A stretch of 64,000 nt of DNA. Origin: the human T2T-CHM13v2.0 reference genome, Homo sapiens. The stretch is from NCBI RefSeq assembly GCF_009914755.1, contig NC_060930.1; one strand, 5' to 3'. Made by a program: the position numbers and the translations under genes. Below, piece by piece: positions 15,301 to 28,046 of the stretch (within the stretch, counting starts at the first letter, position 1; each line of letters starts with the position of its first letter). A model generated the notes under the pieces. It searched no databases. It was not told the origin of the DNA and was given only the letters and a program-made list of their open reading frames with translations.

Positions 15301-16100
15301 GCAGACTAGCAAAGCTCAAAAATACACAACACATACCTTCCTAAAGCCACATTCATCCTTTTTGCACATTCTTAAAGTGACAAAAAATGAACACGTTTAA
15401 TGATATGATCCATAAAATAAGAACCAAAAATATTAAAAAATTAACATTTGCTTAATGTTAGTTCTTATAATGTTCTATCTTAGAAATTATTCAGGGATCT
15501 AAAATAATACTTATTAATTAGCTCAATTTAATTTTAATCCAAATTTTGAAGTTACTCTGGGCCTTGAAATTATGTTTAAGCTAACATTCTATAAAACATA
15601 ATCACTGTTATAAAATCATTGGTCAAAACTGTAATTCAATATATTTGAAAACATTTCATAATCTCAAACATTATTTAGAAGTAATATTATCTTTTTGGTT
15701 AGCAAACCAATATAAGTATAGTAGTGTCGAAAACTCAGACTAAGTAGTTGCTTCATGAGAAAAATTTAAATCTTATGAAGAATATAATATAGTATATTAT
15801 ACTTAAAATTGAAATATCATAGAAAAGTTATATAACTTTTTTCTTAAGAAAAATGATTAAACCAATCTAATCAAAAATTCACCTCATGTGAAGTCTTAAA
15901 TTGTTTCTTTTTTAGTAGTTTCTGTAAGAATATTTTAAGTCTAGTACAATATTAGGAGATACTCTGAATTTTCTAAATTTCTTATATTGAACATAATTTA
16001 AATATGAATATTTACTGAATTCATTGTAAGACATAGTATGATTGAAGAATATAGGATATGGTGGATTGCGACATTTTAAATTATGGGTTTAAAAGTTTTG
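12360..16100. mobile_element. Degenerate ERV1 (MER4-group-like) internal sequence without recognisable LTRs
   Basis: ~3.7-kb AT-rich block with segments recalling MER4-group int consensus (ggtttggtctaattattcacatggatgcaagg, gggtgaattcttctcttcttgatg, tttaacctagtgaaggttaagcatc); no intact ORFs; boundaries uncertain. Confidence 0.55.
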
Positions 16101-16164
16101 TATATCCTTATCTATTTTATTTTCTAAGACCTAAATATTAATGCACTGACACAATAACTAATCA

Positions 16165-16597
<433 letters not shown>

Positions 16598-17879
16598 CTA
16601 GAAATTAGACCATTTGCAGGCCCATTTCGGCGGGGAGGCAGAACGACAGAAAATCATACACATTTTCCATTAATGGACTCTTGCTGTGGGAAAGGGTGAG
16701 CTGTCCTGAAGACCTCTATCCAGTGTTCATAAGTTTATCACTCACCTCTAATAAAAAGCAATCACTATGTGAATTTATAGAAAATATTAATTTCATGTTT
16801 ATTTTTAGCCTATGAATATAGTGGCTTTCATTAATATACAATGTATTTTTATCATTTCTGAAAGGTTTTTATCCAGTGTTTTGCTGAAGCTTTTTGTCTT
16901 CTGAAGTACACTAAATTTTCAATTTAATAATTTAGTTCAGTTAATACTCATTTTACTTCGTGTAGTAATAAATTATTCAACTTATTATTACCTTGTGGAC
17001 TTCCATAATTTTTCAAATTGTAGTCAGCAACACTGTCTGCAGCAGATTATTAAGTAAAACCATATATAGAAAACATACATTTAATCTTTCTTAGATACTG
17101 TTTCATGTCTTGCTAAACAGCAGCTTTGGGGCCAAGCACAGACGGAAATTCTCCCAAGCCCAGCTCTACCTCCTCTCTGACTCCAAGTAGGTTGAACGCT
17201 CCCACTTTCAGCACATTCAGTCTTTTGGCAATGGAGATGCACAAGTTGCCTGGAATCATAAAAGGCTCCTCGGCTTGCCTATCTTTCTAGTTCCCAGGAC
17301 CCTGCCTGTGCTCCTCCTCCTCCTGCCACCCAGATATGGCTACTAAGCCCCACCCTCACAGTCCACACCATCCTCCAGGCAGAGTGCACCCCCCATGGAA
17401 GGCTCTGAGCTGGAGAAGCACACACCACCAGTCCAGACCACACTTGGCAGTAGCAATCAGGGTCAAAGGTTAACATGTACTTGCAGGATAAAAATGGATT
17501 CTGTCTTATACTCAGTATCTAAAGATAGGGCTGGTGATCACCATCACTGGAGCCATCATCACTGCCAGCCCGCACAGACCTAATCCCTCCCTGGGAGAAT
17601 ATGTATCTGCAGCCTAAAGTCTGAAGCCTTTTCCCAAAGCCTTAACCTTCCATAAAAAATAACCGTTGAATATTTTCAGAAAGGCAGGCACTCCCCACAA
17701 AAAAGAACAAGATTCCCATAAATACGGTGGTGTATCCCCTAGCTGGCCCTAATTATAGAGCCCCAATTTTCTTAGTAAACTTGTAGCTAGCTAAGTACCA
17801 CTAGGCAATGCTAACCTGATGCCATTTATGAAAAATAAATTTCAGAGATTTATTCTGTATGTGTGTATTTAAAAATCTG

Positions 17880-18110
17880 AAAGCAATACGGTATACTGCA
17901 AAGAATATGGTTTGGAAATCCTATAGATTTGGTTGAAGTCCCTGCACTGACACTAAATAGCTGTATGTTATTGGAAAACTACCAAAAGCTTATCTAAGTA
18001 AGGCTTAGAAAAAACAGTCAAGTTATTTTCATGATTAATAAGATGCATATAGAGAACTTAGCATAGCTCTTAGAATATAGTAATAGTCATAGTTTATTGA
18101 GCAATTGCTA
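17880..18110 (+). mobile_element. MIR (diverged)
   Basis: tttggttgaagtccctgcactgacactaaatagctgtatgttattgg...gaacttagcatagc. Confidence 0.6.
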
Positions 18111-18955
18111 TTAATATTATTGAATACCATTTCAGTGTATTCAACTTTTCTTTCCGTGGCTTATTAATAGAGTATCTACTTAACTGCATATTCAATTCCA
18201 TGTCTTTATTTTTCATATTATAACATTGTCCATATTAAAATGGCTTTATTTACAATTTTGTTGACTACTATTCTATTGAATACTGACAGCCTAATTTTAT
18301 GAAGGTCTGTGACCTTTGCTATCTTCCTAACATGATTCTTTACAGGAAATTACATAAAATATCAAAAAAAAGGAAAAGAAATATTGTAACTATTGCAGCC
18401 TCATTCATGGAAAAGACAGGGTACCCAAACTAAAAATCCAAGGGATGAAATCTTCAAGGACACCAGCTGATTTTTGTGCATCAAGAAGCAAACAGTCACT
18501 CAGTTATGCAGCTGAGCTATGGCAAACCTTACCTGTCTTACAGAAGACAGCTAAGAGCTACAATAAAAGAGGTCAATTGCAGCTCTTCTTTCATAGAGTT
18601 TTCTCTTTCATAGCATGGAAAAAACAAAGTCAGGGATTCCTTAATTATTTCTTTGATCCTATAAATTTTTTGTTGGCATAGTTGTTTAGCTGTATGGGCC
18701 ACTACATGAAATGCTAAGGAAGAAAAAAAAAGTGCTTTTTGAAATACTCAAAAATTGTCTTTTGAAAACTAAATTGTGCTTTCAAGGAAAAAGTATTCAC
18801 ATAAAAGTAATAATCAACAAATCGGATATAACTGATGAGATTGTTTGATAGCCACCTTGCTTCTATTCACGTACTCTACGTGTCTTCTCAAAAGACTCCC
18901 ACCAAACCCCATTCTTGTCATTTCCAGAATGAAAGGAGACAAATTCTGACCCTGA

Positions 18956-19281
<326 letters not shown>

Positions 19282-19381
19282 TAAACTTTCTAAAGCAGAT
19301 TCCAGTTTTCCCAGGTAAAATCACACAAAGAAACCAAACATATAAAATAAATAAAAGGTTTTTAAAATTAAAATACAAAGT

Positions 19382-19692
19382 TTTTTTTTTTATTTTTTCA
19401 TAGACAGAGTCTCTCTCTTCTGCCCAGGCTAGAGTGCAGTGGTGTAATCATAGCTCACTGTGGCCTTGACACCCTGGGCTCCAGGGATCCTCCCACTTCA
19501 GCATCCTGAGTAGCTAGGACTACAGATACATGTCACCATGCTTGGCTAATTTTTTTATTATAAAAATTTTTTTGTAGAGATGCAGGTCTCGATATGTTGC
19601 CCAGGCTGGTCTCAAACTCCTGGCCTCAAGCAATTCTCCCACTTTGGCCTCCCAAACTGCTTGGATTACAGGCATGAGCCACCATGCCCAGC
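19382..19692 (-). mobile_element. AluJ
   Basis: Antisense AluJ motifs (atcatagctcactgtggccttgac, actcctggcctcaagcaat). Confidence 0.92.
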
Positions 19693-19720
19693 TGAATTTA
19701 TTGTTTTTAAATAGAAAGTA

Positions 19721-20066
19721 CACTTGTGTAGCACTTAACATTGCAGATACATTCTGAGAAATGTGTCATTAGGTGATTTCATCATTGTGAGTACGTTATA
19801 GAGTGCACTTGCACAGACCCAGCTGGTATAGCCTACTACACACCTAGGCTGTATGGTAGAGCCTCCTGCTCCTGGGCTACAAGCTGAACAGCATGTTACT
19901 CTACTGCATACTGTAGGCAACTGTAACACACGGTAAGTATTTGTGTACCTAAACATATCTAGACATGGAGAAGGTACATTAAAAACACAGTCTTATAATC
20001 TCACAGGACCACTGTCACATATGCAGTCTGTCATTGACCAAAACATTATTATGTGGCACATGATTG
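19721..20066. mobile_element. Tigger3a/MER7A-like Tc1-mariner MITE
   Basis: Characteristic ggtatagcctactacacacctaggctgtatgg core; TA dinucleotide on both flanks. Confidence 0.85.
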
Positions 20067-21468
20067 TATTATAAGAAAGAAAACAAAAATGGCTCATAAG
20101 TCCACAGCCAAGGACAAAAAATACAGAAGTAAAACAAATTTAACTAGGAAGCTGAAACCATACATAAAGATACAAAATAAAGAGTAAAAGCTTCTTCCCC
20201 TTCCCTCTGAGCCCTCTCCACAAAGGTAAACACTGAGCAATTTCTCATCATTCTCTCTCTTCTAGAGAGAAAGAATAATAATATAAATAATAATGTAATA
20301 TAATATAAAGAGAGTTCTCTTTCTAGAATAATGTTGATATATTAATCCAAATACATGCATCTTAAAGGTAGTATTTTGCTAAATAAATTTATAAATTAAA
20401 TTTCAAAATATTTATGTGCAATAAGTAAATCAATGAGAACAAACAATCTGTTTTTGGAGAAAAAACATATTAGGTCAGATGTCATGGAGGGCTATTTTAG
20501 ACTTAACAAATCTTAACACTCATTTTATTTGGGTATTTTAATTTGGTTACTTAATATTACAAAATTGTGATTCAAACGCATGAGCAGATGGCACTATGGA
20601 AAGGTCTTAACAGCCTTAAAAATCTAAAATCCAGGAATCTAAGTGAGAGGTAGTTAAGAAAGTTTGGCTTTAAAGCTGAATTATTAATAATATATAGAAG
20701 CTACCTGAATCCTTTACTCATACTTATATGTCAAACAAGAACTATTCAGGGCTTTCTGGAAGTATTAAGGTCATGTTTCACCTTCACTTTTTGTGGTACA
20801 ATTAAGAAAGCATGCCAGAGTTTGTAGTAATTCCTGCCACTCACCAAGGAAGCAGAAAGTTTGTTTCTGAGCTCAGTCTGATCACAACCTCACAATTTTC
20901 CCTACTTTATATTCCTTTTCTTGTCTCTTTCCTCTGTCACCACTTTATCTATCACTCCTCTATTGCAAACAATGAAGAAGTACTTTCTTTCTAGCTATAT
21001 AAGATCATGTTAGAGCTCCCAGTGCTAGGTCCTAGAACCATCTCTATATGTCCACAGTGCAAAAAAAAAAAAAAAAAAAAAAGTCTACGGGGCAAAATTT
21101 GTTGAGTACTAGAAAAGTTCCTAAATATTCCCCCACATCACCCATTCCCAACTAATTACAGAAAGGTCACAATTTATTATAAATCAACAAATATCTGAGG
21201 AAAGGTGTAAAAAGACGAGCGATGTAAAATGGCAGTATTATATAACTCTACTGTATTAAATATCACATGTAACTACTTGACAAAGGAAAGACAGACAGCC
21301 TTCTCCAGCAAGCTTCAAAATGCTCTGCCTAAAAAATAGATTTTATAACCACGTTTTTGTAATATCTCTCTGTACTGTGATTTTACATTATACTAAATGG
21401 GATTCCAATGGTCACTATGTGTTTAAAGCATGGCAGCATTCTTTCTATATGCAACTCCTCTGAGGTAA

Positions 21469-21828
<360 letters not shown>

Positions 21829-21886
21829 TAAGCTCCTTTTACCAACAGGCACTGATCTCATAGAGTGTGCACAAACATACAGCCTT

Positions 21887-22252
21887 ATATGTTATGTGTT
21901 AACTTAGCTGGGCTCTGGTGCTCAGTTAGGTCAAACACTCACCTAGATATGGCTGTGGAGGTATTTTGTAGACATAATTACCATCTGCAATCAGTTGACT
22001 TTAAGTAAATAAGTTTACCCTAAAAAACTTGGGGGTCCTCATCTAATCAGTTGAAGGTCATATGAGCAAAAACCACGTTTCTTGAAGAGAAGGAATTGTG
22101 CCTCAAGACTGCAACACAGGAACCCTGTCTGAGCTTCCAGTCTGCCAGCCTGCCGCACAAATTTCAGCCTTGCCAGCCGCCACAACCATGAGCCAATTCC
22201 TTAACATATATGTATATAAACATTTCTTTCTCTGGAGAACCTTGACGGATAC
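21887..22252. mobile_element. MLT2 (MLT2D-like) ERVL solo LTR
   Basis: MLT2 motifs aatcagttgactttaagtaaa, ctcatctaatcagttgaagg, tctctggagaaccttgacggataca. Confidence 0.8.
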
Positions 22253-22280
22253 ACATACTAAATCTCCGTCAATATAATAA

Positions 22281-22396
22281 TCAACAAGTATTTATTGAGT
22301 GCATTTACATGCCAAACACTGTTCTAGATGCAGGTAATATAACCATCAATGAAACAGACAAAAATCTCTATTTTCATGGGGCTTATAGTTTAGTGG
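22281..22396 (-). mobile_element. L2 3' end
   Basis: tcaacaagtatttattgagtgcatttacatgccaaacactgttctagatgc. Confidence 0.8.
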
Positions 22397-22425
22397 TACT
22401 AAGATGACTAGCAAATTGTTAGTTA

Positions 22426-22562
22426 AGGTAACCATATAATTCATCATACAATCCAGAGCACTTTTAAGATAAGGGTGAAATAGGATACTGGTAATGATTT
22501 TGCCAGGGCAGCATGTCTAACCCAGAGCCATCTCGACAAACCAGGATGGTACACATCATCTA
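22426..22562. mobile_element. MER94-like hAT-Blackjack MITE
   Basis: aggtaaccatataattcatcatacaatccagagcactttt...aaaccaggatgg resembles MER94. Confidence 0.65.
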
Positions 22563-22730
22563 AGTCTCTAGTGAAACTGAAGCCCATCTCCCCCACACGA
22601 CCATGCATCTGGCTAACTGTAGAAAGTCAAAGGTGTATGTCATTAATCAAAGTTGAGGAACAGACTTGTAGATTCAGAGAGATTTGGGTTCCAATTCTCG
22701 GTTACACATTATAAAAAGTATTAAACTTTT

Positions 22731-22777
22731 ACTCCAGCCTGGGCAACAGTGCAATACTCTGTCTCAAAAAAAAAAAA
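22731..22777 (+). mobile_element. Extremely 5'-truncated Alu (35 nt + poly(A)) with perfect TSD
   Basis: actccagcctgggcaacagtgcaatactctgtctc plus A-run, flanked by aaaaagtattaaactttt at 22713-22730 and 22773-22790. Confidence 0.92.
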
Positions 22778-23422
22778 GTATTAAACTTTTATGAGTCTCA
22801 ATCATGCCATTTAGAAATCCATCTAATGTGAGAACTAATGATACACATATGTACAGCATATACAGAAAGAACTGGAACCTGCCAGCCCTTCAGTAAAGTG
22901 CATGTAAAGTAAGTGATTAAGCCGAGCAGGGCTGGGGATTAAGTGGTGCACTGAAAACTTTGGTACATGAATATAAGTCTTTCTCTACTACTTTATTTTT
23001 TTAACATATGTGAATGTATGTCATTGGTTTTAACATTTTTGAAGAAAAGACAGAAATCTGAACATTCTGCCTGGGAATTAGACAGCAAAGTGCACCAGAA
23101 ATGATGAAATGATGGCAAGGCTATAATTTAGAGCACGGACATACGTGACTCTCAAGCGGCCATTTATCACTGTTAAGATTGCTAAAAGTGACTTTAGGTT
23201 TACCTTTAAAAAGTTTCATATTCATTAAACTGAATTCTACACCAATATATACCGAAGTAGAAGCTGCCTTAAAAGCAGGTCCAACAATCCTTCTGCCCTG
23301 CTGGAAACTGTTGCTAGGAGACGAGAGTGAAGAGAACACTTCCTCTCCAGTGTGACCACAGGAGCTGCAACTGCTGCACACCCTCCACAATGCTTTTGAA
23401 GCAGGTTTGAAAACTCTCTGCC

Positions 23423-23761
<339 letters not shown>

Positions 23762-25094
23762 TTAACAGTCTACAAAGTATACAGATATCCCTAGGTATGA
23801 TCTCAAGAGTGAGAAAAGCTTCCCTTTGTCTCCTAATGTTTTTCTCCATTGGCTTATCCTAGAGTCCAATAATCTTTGTCCATTCTCTTGGAGTCTTCCT
23901 AACAAAGATATAAAATTAAGGGAACTCACAGTGAAGATGATCTATTAATTCTGTGGGAGGAAGGATGAGGTTACTCACATGTAAGGACAGCATGGGTGTG
24001 ACAACTGTTTCAGAAAGCAAAGTCCCAAATGCCCCAAAATTGTATTTATGTTCTTTTGTTTGCTGGTGGAGAGAATGTGAGGGAATGAGAGGTCGAGAAG
24101 ATCTAAGGAGAGGAAAGATAAGAAACACATTGCCTTTTCTAGATAGGATAGACCAGAGCAGGAGTTCATACTGAAATACTTTATTATCCTGTGAGGGTTA
24201 GTCAACTGAGAGCAACCACAATATGGCTTTGTTTGTTTGTTTGTTTGTTTGTTTAAACTGGAAAGAAACACTGTGTTTCCTTCTGATTATAAATGTAAGG
24301 CTCATTACAAACCTCCATTCTCCTGGTACATTTTTCAGAAAACAGAGAAAGTGAAAATCTCTCAAATGACACTGCCACTGACTACATTTTGATGTACATC
24401 TTCATCGATGTTCCCTTTGCATGATCACACATACACACGTGCACACCGTAACACACTTACGTGGAACTCTGTAAGTCTGAAAATAAGACAAGTTCCCTCC
24501 ATCACTATAACTAATCTATCCTTCTGAAAAGGAGACTCCATCTATTCCTGTCTTCACTTCACCAGATTACCAAATGCTCTCTCAATTATTGCATTTTGAA
24601 GGAGAAAGTAGTTTGAGGAGACACATTAACCTGAAACAACCTCCTCCGTACCGAATTGGTAATTATTTCATACTAGTTACACCTCATAACCACAAATATT
24701 AACTCCTGTAAATAAGCTTTTTAAGGATCACTTTTAGAAAGTTATACTGTGCTCACACTGACAAGATCCTCAATATATGCCCATGGGAAGAAGGAAAAAA
24801 GCAGGCTTCTCAGGTTACGTAAGTGGATTTAGAGAGTGCTCTAACTCAAGCAACTTTAGGCAGTGCTGGTGCTGACATATGTGAAAAGTGTGAATAAAAT
24901 TATTTCATGATAATGATAAAAATAATATTTCTAAATTGCTATCTTTTTTGTATAGTTGATTTTCATTCACTAATAAATTAATTGTTATAAGTAGATAGTT
25001 GACTTTTGCATCTTTATCCCTAAAATTTCATATGCATAATGTGGGCCACATACTTTTAAAAATAATACTCAGATATTTAGCATTACCTTATGTC

Positions 25095-25292
25095 GAGATT
25101 TCTCACCCTCAGTACTACTGACATTTTGGGTCAGACAGTTCTTTGTCATTGAGGTAGTCCTATGACTTGTAGAATGCTCAGCAGCTTACCAGACTTCTGC
25201 CCACTGGATGCCAGTAGCACCCCTCAATGTAACAGCCCCAAATTTCTTCAGATATCATCAATGTCCACTGGTGGCAAAACCGCCCCAGTTGA
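25095..25292. mobile_element. MER20 hAT-Charlie DNA transposon
   Basis: ttctcaccctcagtactactgacattttggg...cccactggatgccagtagcaccc...caaaaccgccccagttga. Confidence 0.85.
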
Positions 25293-25765
25293 TCTTTATA
25301 TTTAGGGTCACCTCATATTTGGGCATACGTGGTGTCTAGCTTGCCTTTACAAAGCTGGATCCTAAGGACACAATTTTATAACCTGCTCTTCCAGCTGACT
25401 GATATGTCATAGCGATCTTCTCAGCTCATTATGTACATACTTTCAGTGTGTTCTTAACTGCTGCACTGTGCCTCATTAACAGGTTGTGTCATAAGTGTTG
25501 TATCAGTTAACAATTGTTTCCAATTTCTCAGTACCATAGTCTCTATCATTTCATATATAAATTCCTTTAAATATGTTCAATTAGTTCCTTATATTTTAAG
25601 ACCAATAGTATCCTTAGAATTCATTTTAAATTTAGTTTAAATATACCTGAAGTCAAAGGATTAAAAAAAGCAATACAACACAATATAAGGTCAAAACAAA
25701 TATATTTTAGATTGCTTATTATTTATGGTTTCTACCCATGCCACTCTTCTATTAGAATTGAGACC

Positions 25766-25928
25766 AGCCAGGTGTGGTGGCTCATGCCTATAATCCCAGC
25801 ACTTTGGGAGGCTGAGGTGGAAAGACTGCTTGAGCTCAGGAGTTCAAAACCAGCCTGGGCAACAGCTGACTGACACTTCCTCTTTATTAAAAAAAAATAA
25901 GAAGAAGAAGAAGAAAAAATAAATACAA
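25766..25928 (+). mobile_element. FLAM / Alu left monomer
   Basis: Single Alu monomer with A/GAA tail; TSD agaattgaga. Confidence 0.85.
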
Positions 25929-26419
25929 AGAATTGAGAACTAACCCCCCGATAAGATTTATTAAAAATTCCTTCTAAATGACTAAAAGCTTTGCTTTTTC
26001 ATCAGTATTCTGAGCATCTTTTTCAAATACAAAAGATATAAAACAGGCCTTTCAGAGATCCATATGTACCAAAACTGTATAGCTTCTAGCATCTTTTCCT
26101 TTAGAAACTCTATGTGATAATTCAAAACCAAAACCAAAAATCTAGTCAATCAATGATTTGAAGATATTTTATTACTAGCTGTCATAAACAATTTTAAGTG
26201 AAGTCTTTGGGTTTCTTGCTCTAGAGAATTCTAACTGAGTTTAAAAGATTTAAAAATCGATGATTGCATTGCTTTTGGATTCAGGAAGGATATACAAACA
26301 GTTTAATGAGACTGGAAAGAGGTCCAAAGCAGTTTCAACTGTACCTATAGAACTTCTTGAAAGCATTTGCTAAAGCAAATATGTCAAGACATGAAGACTG
26401 ATTAATTCAGAATGGGAGT

Positions 26420-26479
26420 TTGTGTTTGTGTGTGTGTCTGTGTGTTTGTGTGCGTGTCTGTGTGTGTGTCTCTGTGTGT
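26420..26479. repeat. Imperfect (TG)n microsatellite
   Basis: tgtgtttgtgtgtgtgtctgtgtg... Confidence 0.9.
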
Positions 26480-26674
26480 ATAAGCATGTTCTTTGAAATA
26501 TTTTAAGGATTTTTCATAATAATTTTTTAAAAATCAACTCATAATTTAATAGGATGTTGCAAATAATCTTCTCATAGAAAATCTTAGAAAATTTCTCTGG
26601 AATTAGCGTTACCTTTTCAATAGACAAAATGGGTAAATAAACATTATTTTGGTAAATTTTGTGTATTTGGAATC

Positions 26675-26860
26675 TTAGGTGATAGAATTTGTTTCCAGAC
26701 AACCTGGGTCTGATCCTCAATTCCTTACATTCACATTGAATTATTTATATGGTTATTTAATTTTTTTCTGCCTAAGTTTTCCCTTGCATAAAAGACAAAT
26801 CGTTATAATATCTACTTCACAGTGCTACTGTGAGAATAGCAGAGGAAATGTTTATAAAAA
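26675..26860 (+). mobile_element. MIR
   Basis: ccagacaacctgggtctgatcctc...ctgcctaagttttcccttgcataaaa...tctacttcacagtgctactgtgagaat. Confidence 0.65.
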
Positions 26861-27379
26861 TTACCTTCTAAAATATAAAGCCACAGTATTCTAACTGGTT
26901 GCCAACAGTTTCTAAATATTCTTCATAGTAATTAAAACAGATTAAGAATTACAGTGTATTATTCCTCAGTGTTGAGCATGGCCCCTTTTTTATCTTAGTA
27001 TTTATAAAACAATTTCAATGAATAACCATTTATACACATACAGGCAGAAACAAAAACTGCTTTCTTTGTTCAACAAGTACCTACTCACTGGCACTCTTTT
27101 TGAAGGCAGAGAGGACTTTAGGTACTTCACATAAAGTAAGTGGTTTTGTATTTCACATTATTTGAGCCTATCAAAAACCACATGCTATAGGAAAGAATGA
27201 TCTTACTAAATCTATTTCAGATATAGGAAAACAGAAGTGTCGAAAGTTAAGAGACTTGTTTAAAGTAGTGATAGGATCAAGTCTAACAGTCGAGCTTCCA
27301 CATTTGTGACAAACTACTTTGCTATTATTGTAGCTCTCCTTCTGGCCCACTGTGAAAAGCCATGTTCATACACATGTTT

Positions 27380-27575
27380 TTAACAGTTATCAAGTTATGG
27401 ATTAAGAAATATCATCCTATGAGATGCATATTACCAGTATCCCCATTTCATACAAAGGAAAACTGAGGGATAGAGATTAAGTTATTTGCATAAAATCACA
27501 CAGCTGTTAAGTAACAGTGGCAGGTTTTGAACCCATGTTACCTGCCTGAGGAGCCCGAGTTCCCAACCACGATTT
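27380..27575 (-). mobile_element. MIR
   Basis: ccccatttcatacaaaggaaaactgaggg...aaatcacacagctgttaagtaacagtggcaggttttgaaccca. Confidence 0.75.
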
Positions 27576-27764
27576 GTGCCACACACATTCAACTGGCATT
27601 AGATAACAACAATCTATTTTACTGTATCAGAATATGATTAATTTATCTTTCTTCATAATGATAAAAGATTATCCAATAGCATCTTCTAAATTGACATTTA
27701 TCCTTCAAAATTTATTTTCAAATCTTCTGATTCATTCAAGAGAAAACAATTTTTTAATGTTTAC

Positions 27765-28046
27765 TGTATTAGTCCATTCTCATGCTGCCAGTGGAGACAT
27801 ACCTGAGACTGGGTAATTTATTAATGAAAGATGTTTGATTGACTCACAGTTCCACATGGCTGGGGAGGCCTCAGGAAACTTACAATCATGGCGGAAGGGG
27901 AAGCAAACACTTCTTTCTAAACAAGGCGGCACAGCAAGGAGAAGTGCAGAGTGAAGTGGGGGGGAAATCCCCCTATAAAACCATAAGGATTATGGGAACT
28001 ACAATTCAAGATGAGATTTGGTTCGGGACACAGCCAAACCATATCA
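27765..28046 (-). mobile_element. THE1 (C/D-like) MaLR solo LTR with internal deletion
   Basis: Both termini present (tgtattagtcc...ccaaaccatatca); 5-bp TSD tttac; 282 bp, shorter than the usual ~350-380 bp. Confidence 0.9.
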
